A stretch of DNA of 64,000 nt. Source: an uncultured Oscillospiraceae bacterium (lineage in GTDB: Bacteria > Bacillota > Clostridia > Oscillospirales > QAMX01). The position numbers and the translations under genes are program-made. The first letter of the stretch is position 1. Every line of letters begins with the position of its first letter. Under the pieces are notes generated by a model. The model searched no databases. It worked only from the letters and a program-made list of their open reading frames with translations, and was not told where the DNA came from. This document shows, in pieces, positions 56,538-64,000 of the stretch. The stretch is from the NCBI GenBank assembly GCA_964515055.1, contig CAZEUG010000006.1, forward strand, positions 18,796 through 82,795. The letters run 5' to 3'.

Positions 56538-57435
56538 GGTCAGACCCTTCGCTTTCTTCCTCCGGCTGTTCCGGCTGACGATAGACGAAATCGACCGGTT
56601 CCAGCGTGATGCGGCCGAACTTTCCGGCACGATATTCATCGAGGAAAATTTTAGCGCCGCGCTCCGAATCAATCACGCCACCGCGCAGCAGAAATCCGCG
56701 TTTTTTGGAATAGAGGTCGATCATTTGCAGCCCGTTTTCCGCAGTTTCCACGGCAGGACCGCATTTTTCAAGCATCATGCCCGGTTTCAGCTGATACAGC
56801 TCCGCGGCCAGTTCAGCTGCCAGCTCCGTTGTATCCAGAATTTCATCCCGCACGGCACCGGTCGCAGCAAGGTGAATACCCGCCTGCGACGGCGTCAGCT
56901 TCGGCCAGAGGATGCCCGGTGTATCAAGCAGATCCAGCCCGTCCCGCAGGCGAATCCACGTATTGGCGCGGGTCACGCCGGGGCGATCTTCCGCACGCGC
57001 GGATTTTTTTCCGGCCAGGCGATTGATCAGAGAGGATTTGCCGACGTTCGGGATGCCGACGACCATCAGCTTGATGGCGAGCCCGGAAAGACCGCGTTTT
57101 TCGCGGCGTTCCAGCTTTTCACGCAGGGCTTCCCGGATTTCAGTGCGAAGCCGGTCGCACCCCTCCCCATTCTTGGCGTTGCACGCAATGGCGGCAATGT
57201 CCTGTTCGTGGAAATGGGCAATCCAGCGTTTGGTCTGCACGGGGTCGGCCAGATCCAATTTGGTCAGGACAACCACACGCGGCCGTCTGGCCAGCAGTTC
57301 ATCCAGTTTGGGGTTGCGACCGGAGACAGGGATTCGGGCGTCTACCAGTTCCACTGCCGCATCGACTTTTGCAATCTGTTCGGAAAGCTCCCGGACAGCT
57401 TTTGCCATATGGCCAGGATACCATTGGATATTCAT
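56530..57435 (-). CDS. rbgA: Ribosome biogenesis GTPase A (YlqF/RbgA)
   Basis: MNIQWYPGHMAKA..., circularly permuted GTPase order (TKLDL ... GIPNVGKSS). Confidence 0.93.
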   Translation of the reverse strand: MNIQWYPGHMAKAVRELSEQIAKVDAAVELVDARIPVSGRNPKLDELLARRPRVVVLTKLDLADPVQTKRWIAHFHEQDIAAIACNAKNGEGCDRLRTEIREALREKLERREKRGLSGLAIKLMVVGIPNVGKSSLINRLAGKKSARAEDRPGVTRANTWIRLRDGLDLLDTPGILWPKLTPSQAGIHLAATGAVRDEILDTTELAAELAAELYQLKPGMMLEKCGPAVETAENGLQMIDLYSKKRGFLLRGGVIDSERGAKIFLDEYRAGKFGRITLEPVDFVYRQPEQPEEESEGSDRA

Positions 57436-57459
57436 AATAGAGAACCGTTCCTCCAAGAA

Positions 57460-58029
57460 TCAATACACACTGCCGATATCGTTGAGGGGGAACAGGCGGA
57501 ACAGGACTTTGCCCAGAACCATCCGTTCATCAATCAGACCCACTTCAGAGAATCGGCTGTCTGTTGAGTGGTTGCGGTTGTCTCCCATGACAAACAGATA
57601 CCCTTCCTGGACATACAGCGGAAATTCCATATCGCCTTTTCGCGTGGTCGGTTCGGCAATATAGGTTTCCTCCTGGGGGACTCCGTCTACGAAGACCTGG
57701 CCGGTTTCAAAATCAATGTTCACGGTTTGCCCGGCGACCGCGATAATGCGTTTGACGATGGGCTCTTCGCGGAAGGCTTTTTTCGTCACCACCACGATAT
57801 CGCCCTGCTTTGGGGTATAGAAGAGGTTGGAGATCATCAGTTTATCGTTTTCATGCAGCGTTGGCTTCATGGAATCGCCAATCACGCCTGTCATGCGGAC
57901 GACAAGCGTGAAGAGAAGGACAATCACAATCAGCGCATAGACGAGTGCATCTGCCCAGTCATACAGGACGGAGGATGATTTTTCCGGCTTGGGCTGAGGA
58001 TTTTGGACGTCTGTTTCCTGTGAATTCAT
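57460..58029 (-). CDS. lepB: Signal peptidase I
   Basis: TM helix followed by GDSMKPTL (catalytic Ser), and GDNRNHSTDSR. AGAGGAGG lies 9 nt before ATG 58029. Confidence 0.93.
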   Translation of the reverse strand: MNSQETDVQNPQPKPEKSSSVLYDWADALVYALIVIVLLFTLVVRMTGVIGDSMKPTLHENDKLMISNLFYTPKQGDIVVVTKKAFREEPIVKRIIAVAGQTVNIDFETGQVFVDGVPQEETYIAEPTTRKGDMEFPLYVQEGYLFVMGDNRNHSTDSRFSEVGLIDERMVLGKVLFRLFPLNDIGSVY

Positions 58030-58075
58030 CTCTGAGAACCTCCTCTTTCCGGCTGTACGGACAGCCATTTCATTT

Positions 58076-58111
58076 TGAAAAAAAGAGGGGCTGATGTCAG
58101 CCCCCTTTTTT
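58076..58111 (-). terminator. Terminator immediately after rplS
   Basis: GGGGCUGA-ca-UCAGCCCC flanked by an A-run and UUUUUUU on the minus strand. Confidence 0.7.
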
Positions 58112-58453
58112 TTACAGTTTTTCTTTGACCTTCGCCGCTTTGCCGACTCTGCCGCGGAGGTAATAGAGCTTCGCTCTTCTGACTTTACCTTTGCGCACAA
58201 CTTCGACCTTCGCAACGCTCGGGCAGTTGACCGGGAAAACTCTTTCGACACCAACGCCATAGGAAATGCGGCGAACGGTGAAGGATTCATTGATGCCGCC
58301 GTGCTTTTTGGCAATGACTGTGCCTTCGAACACCTGAATACGTTCTCTCGTACCTTCTTTGACCTTGACGGAAACCTTGACGGTATCGCCGATGTCAAAC
58401 TGGAGCGCATCTTCGCGGATGTACTTGTCTGTAAATTGCTTGAGAATATCCAT
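58112..58453 (-). CDS. rplS: 50S ribosomal protein L19
   Basis: [14 protein letters not shown]...[32 protein letters not shown]. Confidence 0.97.
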   Translation of the reverse strand: MDILKQFTDKYIREDALQFDIGDTVKVSVKVKEGTRERIQVFEGTVIAKKHGGINESFTVRRISYGVGVERVFPVNCPSVAKVEVVRKGKVRRAKLYYLRGRVGKAAKVKEKL

Positions 58454-58561
58454 TTCTCTCTTCCCTTTCATACAACACATTCGTGCCCGGCATGAACGGC
58501 CTTTGGCCACCGGCAGAGGAATGCTTTTTGCGCTTGCGTTTCCACACGCAAATTCTACAGT

Positions 58562-58590
58562 ATTATACCACAGTTCCGTTGGAAATGCAA
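58562..58590 (-). promoter_or_regulatory. Promoter of rplS with a ~100-nt structured leader
   Basis: Minus strand reads TTGCAT (58590-58585), a 17-nt spacer ending TGTGG, then TATAAT (58567-58562). The leader contains the hairpin UUGCGU-guggaa-ACGCAA. An L19-leader-type autoregulatory element is possible but not verified. Confidence 0.6.
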
Positions 58591-58651
58591 GTGGATTTCC
58601 AAATATTTTTGCAGGTTTTCCCGGTTTTGGCTGAAAAACCGCCGATTCCCC

Positions 58652-60361
58652 TTATTCCCTCGCCAGCTCTTCGGCCGCTTTGGCATACTGTTCGACCAGC
58701 TGGCAGGCATGGTCTCGGGAGTCTGCGCGGGTCAGGATATAGAGTTTGATTTTCGGTTCCGTGCCGGACGGGCGAATGATCATCACGCAGCCGTCAGCCA
58801 GTTCGAAGTACAGCACATTGGAGCCGGAGAGCGCCATTGTTTCCGTCTGGCCGTCTGCGAGCTTCCGAAGCCCGCTCTGATAGTCGCGGGCAGCGACAAC
58901 AGCCGTTCCGCCGATGGTTTTCGGCGTCTCTGCGCGCAGGCGGCTCATCAGGCGGCGCATGGATTCCAGGCCGTCCACGCCGGGGAATTGCAGGTTCATC
59001 GTGCGTTCTGCATAGGCACCATACACCGTATACAGATGCTCCATGGCGTCATACAGCGTCATGCCCTGTTTGGCGTAGTCCGCCGCCATTTCCGCAATCA
59101 GCATGGAGGCTGTCACCGCGTCCTTGTCGCGGCAATGGTCGCCGACCATGTAGCCGTAGGATTCCTCAAAGCCGAGCAGGTACTCGTAGCCCTGGTCTTC
59201 CATCTGCGCACGACGGCCTGCAATGAAGCGGAAGCCGGTGAAGGATTCCGCATAGCGCACGTCATTGGCTTCGCAGATGCGCTGTGCCATCAGGGATGTC
59301 ACGACAGTGGAAACGATCATGCCTTTTTCCGGCAGCGTCCCCGCGGCGCGGCGGGTGCGGATGATATAGTCGGCCAGAAGGATCCCGACCTGGTTGCCGG
59401 AGAGCGGGACATATTCGCCGTCGCCGCGGCGAACGATCAGACCCACGCGGTCCGCATCCGGGTCTGTGCCGATAATCAGATCGGAGCCGGTCTTCTTCGC
59501 CAATTCAATCGCCAGGCGGAAGCCCTCGATTTCCTCCGGGTTCGGGCTTTTGACGGTGGAGAAATTGCCGTCCGGCTGCATCTGCTCCGGCACGCAGTGG
59601 ACGTGCTTCAGGCCAATCCGTTTGAAGATTTCAGGAACCAGCCGATAGCCGGTGCCGTGGAACGGCGTATAGACGATCTGCAGGTCTTCGTTTTGCGCCG
59701 AATTCGGGTTCAGGCGGCAGGACAGTGCAGCATTCAGGAAGCCTTCGTCCGTTTCCTGACCCAGAAGGCGAATGCGGCCGGCTTGGAGCGCCGCGTCATA
59801 GTCCATGGTTCGGACGCCGGTGAAGATGTCGCATTTCTGAATGGCCTCCGACACCTGGCCGGCAATTTCGTCGCCGATCTGTGCGCCGTCGCTCCAATAG
59901 ACCTTATAGCCGTTGTATTCCTTCGGGTTGTGGCTGGCGGTGATATTGATACCGGCGGCACAGCCCAGGGAGCGGATGGCGAAGGACAGCTCCGGCGTTG
60001 GGCGCATTCCCTCAAACAGGTAGACCTGTATGCCGTTGGCGGCCAGAATGGACGCAGCGGAGCGGGCAAAGGTTTCGCTGTTGATGCGGCAGTCATAGGA
60101 GATGGCCACGCCCTTTTCCGCAGCGCCTTCAATCGTTTGCAGGACATCAGCCAGTCCCTGTGTCGTCTGGTTGACGGTGTAGCGGTTCATGCGTTGAATG
60201 CCAGCGCCCATAATGCCGCGGAGACCGGCCGTACCAAAGGCCAGCGGCGCATAAAAACGTTCCCGGATTTCAGCTTCGTCCAAAGCTTCCAGTTCTGTGC
60301 GGCTTTCCGCGTCCAGCCCCTCGAAAGCGAGCCAGCGGCGGTATTGTTCATGATATTCCAT
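58652..60361 (-). CDS. Phosphoglucomutase/phosphomannomutase family phosphosugar mutase
   Basis: FGTAGLRG, active-site TASHNPKEYNGYKV, and GTDPDADR. Confidence 0.9.
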   Translation of the reverse strand: MEYHEQYRRWLAFEGLDAESRTELEALDEAEIRERFYAPLAFGTAGLRGIMGAGIQRMNRYTVNQTTQGLADVLQTIEGAAEKGVAISYDCRINSETFARSAASILAANGIQVYLFEGMRPTPELSFAIRSLGCAAGINITASHNPKEYNGYKVYWSDGAQIGDEIAGQVSEAIQKCDIFTGVRTMDYDAALQAGRIRLLGQETDEGFLNAALSCRLNPNSAQNEDLQIVYTPFHGTGYRLVPEIFKRIGLKHVHCVPEQMQPDGNFSTVKSPNPEEIEGFRLAIELAKKTGSDLIIGTDPDADRVGLIVRRGDGEYVPLSGNQVGILLADYIIRTRRAAGTLPEKGMIVSTVVTSLMAQRICEANDVRYAESFTGFRFIAGRRAQMEDQGYEYLLGFEESYGYMVGDHCRDKDAVTASMLIAEMAADYAKQGMTLYDAMEHLYTVYGAYAERTMNLQFPGVDGLESMRRLMSRLRAETPKTIGGTAVVAARDYQSGLRKLADGQTETMALSGSNVLYFELADGCVMIIRPSGTEPKIKLYILTRADSRDHACQLVEQYAKAAEELARE

Positions 60362-60565
60362 CGAATCGATCTACCTGGCTTTCTGTTTGTTCCGGCGAAA
60401 AACGCCTTCTATTATTATAACCGATTTTTTTGTCGCGGGCAAGTCTTTTGGGGCAGTTTTCACATTTTGTTTTCAGAATGACGGTCGGAGGGCGCGTTCT
60501 TTTCGCGAAAATTCCGGGGATTGCAGACAAATTTACAAAAAAGGTGCTTCCGTCCATACGAAATA

Positions 60566-60574
60566 TGCTATAAT
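60566..60574 (+). promoter_or_regulatory. Extended -10 element upstream of secA
   Basis: TGCTATAAT about 100 nt upstream of the secA ATG. The -35 is poor. Confidence 0.35.
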
Positions 60575-60672
60575 GTAGAGCAGGTTTTTGTGCTGTGTTA
60601 CCGGATTCGCCGCTTCGGTAACCGCCTGTTTGGATAACCGACAGAACCCGCGGCGAGGAAGAGAGAGAAACC

Positions 60673-63456
60673 ATGAGTATCATAACCAGGTTGTTTGGAA
60701 CAACCAGTGAAAGAGAGATTAAAAAGGTTCTGCCGCTTGTCAACCGGACATTGGCGTTGGAATCGGAATATGCAGCACTTTCGGATCGTGCACTTTCCGA
60801 AAAAACCGGCGAGTTCAAAGCGCGGCTGGCCGCGGGCGAAACGCTGGATGATTTGCTGCCGGAGGCCTTCGCCACGGTACGGGAGGCTTCCTACCGGATT
60901 TTGGGCTATCGCGCATTCAAGGTGCAGCTGATCGGTGCGGTCATTCTACATCAGGGGCGCATTGCCGAAATGAAAACCGGTGAAGGCAAGACGTCCACCG
61001 CACTGTACCCTGCGTATTTGAACGCTCTGACCGGGCAAAACGTCCACATCGTCACGGTCAACGAATATCTGGCGAAATTTCAGGGTGAGCAGATGGGGCT
61101 GGTTCACAAATTTCTCGGCCTGACCGTCGGCGTGATTCTCCACGATATGGACAACGACGCCAGGCGAAAGGCCTATCAGTGCGACATCACATACGGCACA
61201 AACAACGAGTTCGGCTTTGACTATCTGCGCGACAACATGGTGCTGTACAAGAAGCAGATGGTGCAGCGCGGGCACGATTTTGCGATCGTGGACGAGGTGG
61301 ACTCCATCCTCATCGACGAAGCACGGACGCCGTTGATCATTTCCGGTCAGGGTGAGGAATCCACGCAGCTGTACACCATTGCCGATGCGTTTGTTTCCAA
61401 GCTGAAGGGCATCAAGGTGCGGGAGCTGGATGCGAAGGAATCGCAGGACGATTTCGACGCCGACTATATCGTTGATGAGAAAGCCAAAACAGTCACACTG
61501 ACCGCCTCCGGCGTGTCCAAGGCGGAGACGGCCTTCCATCTGGAAAATCTGTCCGACCCGGAGAATGCCACCATCGCGCACCACATCAATCAGGCCATTC
61601 GCGCACACGGCATCATGACGCGGGACACGGATTATGTCGTGCGGGACGGCGAAGTTATCATCGTCGATGAGTTCACCGGACGTCTGATGTTTGGCCGTCG
61701 GTATTCGGAGGGGCTGCATCAGGCGATCGAGGCGAAGGAACACGTGAAGGTCGAGCGCGAGAATAAAACGCTGGCAACCATCACGTTCCAGAACTATTTC
61801 CGGATGTATACCAAGCTCTCTGGCATGACCGGTACGGCCAAGACCGAAGAGGATGAATTCCGACACATTTATGCGCTGGATGTCATTGAAATCCCGACGA
61901 ACCTGCCCATGATTCGCGTTGATCACCACGACTCAGTCTACAAGACGGCGGATGGGAAGTTCCGCGCCGTGATTGAGCAGATTATCGCCTGCCATGAAAA
62001 GGGCCAGCCGGTGCTGGTCGGCACCATTTCGATTGAGAAAAGTGAGCTGCTGTCGGCGATGCTGAAGCGTCGCGGCATCCGTCACGAGGTTTTGAACGCC
62101 AAGCAGCACGAGAAAGAGGCGCAGATCGTTGCACAGGCCGGTAAAAAGGGTGCTGTCACCATTGCGACCAACATGGCCGGGCGCGGCACCGATATTCTGC
62201 TGGGCGGCAACCCGGAATATCTGGCCAAGAACGAGCTGGCGAAGCACTATGTCCGCAATCCCCCGCCGGAAGGGGTTGACCCGCAGGAGCTGATTTACGA
62301 ATGTACCAGCCTGACGCACACGGAGGATGAAGCCATTTTAGAGGCTCGGCGTCTGTATCAGGAATTGTTCCGGAAGTACAAGGCAGAGACCAGTGCGGAG
62401 GCGCGGGACGTCATTGCCGCCGGTGGGCTGTTTATCATCGGCACCGAGCGGCACGAAAGCCGTCGAATTGACAACCAGCTGCGCGGACGTTCTGCCCGTC
62501 AGGGGGATCCCGGTGAAAGCCGCTTCTATATCTCGCTGGAGGACGATCTGATGCGTCTGTTCGGCAGTGAGCGCATCGTCGGCATGATGAATTCACTCGG
62601 CGTGGATGAGGATACACCCATCGACTCCAAGATGCTGACCAACGCCATTGAGTCTGCACAGAAGCGGCTGGAAAGCCGGAATTTCCAGATGCGCAAAAAC
62701 GTATTGGAATATGACGACGTCATGAATCTCCAGCGCGAAACGATTTACAAGGAGCGCCGCATGGTACTGGACGGCGAAGACGTCCACGACTACGTTACAA
62801 AAATGCTCCACGACACCGTGACGCGCTACGTTTCCTCCGTGGTTGGTGACGGCGCGACGGTCGATCAGGCCTCGCTGCTCCGGCTGTCTGCCCTGCTGTC
62901 GCCGGTCTATGTCCCGGCGGAGCATTTCGGCACCGAGCTGATCGGTCTGTCTCAGGAAGAGGTTCTCGATTCTGTTCTGCAGGCGGTGGATGCGCGGTAC
63001 GCTGAGCGCGAGCAGACGTTTGGCTCCGACATCATGCGGGAGCTGGAACGCATCGTTCTCCTCCGATCGGTCGATGCCAAGTGGATGGATCACATTGACG
63101 CCATGGACGAGTTCCGGCGCGGCATCGGTCTGCGGGCGTATGCGCAGGTGGATCCGATTCTCGCCTATAAAAAAGAGGGCTTTGAAATGTTCGAGGCGAT
63201 GGTGCAGTCCATCTGTGAGGATACGGCGCGGAACCTGATGACGTTCCGTCTGCGCAACCAGGCGGCGCCGGAGCGTCAGGCTGTTGCGAAGCCGGTGGTC
63301 GCTTCAGCCGGAGATCAGACGATCGCGAAAAAGCCGGTGGTTCACAAAACAGGCAAGGTCGGCCGAAACGACCCCTGTCCCTGCGGCAGCGGGAAGAAAT
63401 ACAAAAAATGCTGTGGGTTCCAGGCAGACGCTCCCGGTTCGCAGGAAAAGCGCTGA
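60673..63456 (+). CDS. secA: Preprotein translocase ATPase SecA
   Basis: MKTGEGKT Walker [20 protein letters not shown], and C-terminal zinc finger [14 protein letters not shown]. Confidence 0.97.
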   Translation: MSIITRLFGTTSEREIKKVLPLVNRTLALESEYAALSDRALSEKTGEFKARLAAGETLDDLLPEAFATVREASYRILGYRAFKVQLIGAVILHQGRIAEMKTGEGKTSTALYPAYLNALTGQNVHIVTVNEYLAKFQGEQMGLVHKFLGLTVGVILHDMDNDARRKAYQCDITYGTNNEFGFDYLRDNMVLYKKQMVQRGHDFAIVDEVDSILIDEARTPLIISGQGEESTQLYTIADAFVSKLKGIKVRELDAKESQDDFDADYIVDEKAKTVTLTASGVSKAETAFHLENLSDPENATIAHHINQAIRAHGIMTRDTDYVVRDGEVIIVDEFTGRLMFGRRYSEGLHQAIEAKEHVKVERENKTLATITFQNYFRMYTKLSGMTGTAKTEEDEFRHIYALDVIEIPTNLPMIRVDHHDSVYKTADGKFRAVIEQIIACHEKGQPVLVGTISIEKSELLSAMLKRRGIRHEVLNAKQHEKEAQIVAQAGKKGAVTIATNMAGRGTDILLGGNPEYLAKNELAKHYVRNPPPEGVDPQELIYECTSLTHTEDEAILEARRLYQELFRKYKAETSAEARDVIAAGGLFIIGTERHESRRIDNQLRGRSARQGDPGESRFYISLEDDLMRLFGSERIVGMMNSLGVDEDTPIDSKMLTNAIESAQKRLESRNFQMRKNVLEYDDVMNLQRETIYKERRMVLDGEDVHDYVTKMLHDTVTRYVSSVVGDGATVDQASLLRLSALLSPVYVPAEHFGTELIGLSQEEVLDSVLQAVDARYAEREQTFGSDIMRELERIVLLRSVDAKWMDHIDAMDEFRRGIGLRAYAQVDPILAYKKEGFEMFEAMVQSICEDTARNLMTFRLRNQAAPERQAVAKPVVASAGDQTIAKKPVVHKTGKVGRNDPCPCGSGKKYKKCCGFQADAPGSQEKR

Positions 63457-63524
63457 GTGTCGGGACAAAATCGTATCGTCATTTGCTTTTTTCTGAAATT
63501 CGGCGTTTTTTTGCCGTATAGCTC

Positions 63525-63553
63525 TTGACTTTTTGGGTCAAAATGTGTATCAT
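63525..63553 (+). promoter_or_regulatory. Promoter of the Cys/Asp-rich peptide gene
   Basis: TTGACT (63525-63530), a 17-nt spacer ending TGTG, then TATCAT (63548-63553). Confidence 0.55.
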
Positions 63554-63613
63554 ATAGAATATCATATCGTTTATTTTGCCCTGCTATGGGCGCAATTCAG
63601 GAGGTTGAACACC

Positions 63614-63877
63614 ATGAAAAAGTTTCTGACTGTTCTTGGCGGCATCATTCTGGGCGTTGCTGCCATCGCCGGCACGGTTTATGCCGTTCTGTACTTCATC
63701 AAAAAAGATGAAGACTGCGATGATTGCTGCTACATCGACGACGATGATTGCTGCTGCGACGACGACTGCTGCTGTGACGACGACTGCTGCTGCGACGACG
63801 ACTGCTGCGAAAGCGAAGCCGAAGAAGACAGCTGTGAAGACGGTTGCTGCTGCTGCGAAGGCAACGATCAGGAATAA
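63614..63877 (+). CDS. 87-aa single-pass membrane peptide with an extremely Cys/Asp-rich tail
   Basis: MKKFLTVLGGIILGVAAIAGTVYAVLYFI + KKDEDCDDCCYIDDDDCCCDDDCCCDDDCCCDDDCCESEAEEDSCEDGCCCCEGNDQE. GGAGG lies 9 nt before ATG 63614. It has its own promoter and terminator. Confidence 0.65.
   Translation: MKKFLTVLGGIILGVAAIAGTVYAVLYFIKKDEDCDDCCYIDDDDCCCDDDCCCDDDCCCDDDCCESEAEEDSCEDGCCCCEGNDQE
63737..63808 (+). repeat. In-frame 18-bp tandem repeat GACGACGACTGCTGCTGY (about 4 copies)
   Basis: Reads gacgacgatgattgctgctgc, gacgacgactgctgctgt, gacgacgactgctgctgc, gacgacgactgctgc. These encode the DDDCCC units. Confidence 0.85.
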
Positions 63878-63890
63878 GTTCCGGCAAACG

Positions 63891-63935
63891 GCCAGGCGGA
63901 AGACCAGTGTCTTTCGCCTGGCTTTTTCTTTTTCT
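63891..63935 (+). terminator. Intrinsic terminator
   Basis: GCCAGGCG...CGCCTGGC stem followed by TTTTTCTTTTTCT. Confidence 0.75.
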
Positions 63936-63940
63936 GTACA

Positions 63941-63969
63941 TTGACACCGTCTGTTTTTTATGCTATAAT
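63941..63969 (+). promoter_or_regulatory. Consensus promoter for a gene beyond the window end
   Basis: TTGACA (63941-63946), 17 nt, TATAAT (63964-63969). Confidence 0.6.
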
Positions 63970-64000
63970 AAAGAAAATTGTAAAACCTGACGTTAAGTTT

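Overview
High-GC Firmicutes/Clostridia-type chromosome segment (Oscillospiraceae-like by gene content; this is inference). It is mostly dense core housekeeping genes. Recognisable blocks are: rpoB-rpoC followed directly by tmRNA (ssrA); a SigH-like sigma factor; ldhA; the TIGR03960/TIGR03936 radical-SAM pair plus an M50 protease; an amino-acid ABC importer; a GH38-like hydrolase; ruvCAB followed by an ECF S-component and queG; nagB; tig-clpP-clpX-engB; thrC; rplS-lepB-rbgA-rnhB-yraN; a phosphosugar mutase; and secA. No CRISPR array, transposase, integrase, rRNA or tRNA was seen. Most long ORFs antisense to these genes are GC-driven shadows. The items most worth a second look are: (1) an 87-aa membrane-anchored peptide with a tail of D3C3 repeats (19 Cys and 20 Asp in 58 residues) and its own promoter and terminator. 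(2) An ABC-DUF1854-ABC operon whose two exporters carry zinc-ribbon N-terminal extensions, preceded by a separately transcribed 49-aa Cys-containing peptide gene next to ssrA. (3) A consensus promoter, ~200-nt leader and intrinsic terminator upstream of a QueG-like/GNAT fusion gene that has an in-frame TGA. (4) A circularly permuted family-3 solute-binding lipoprotein. (5) An XRE-HTH fused to L-serine dehydratase. (6) A degenerate ~40-bp repeat array giving a C-rich/G-poor transcript between rpoC and ssrA. All family assignments come from motif recognition by eye. No database search was run.
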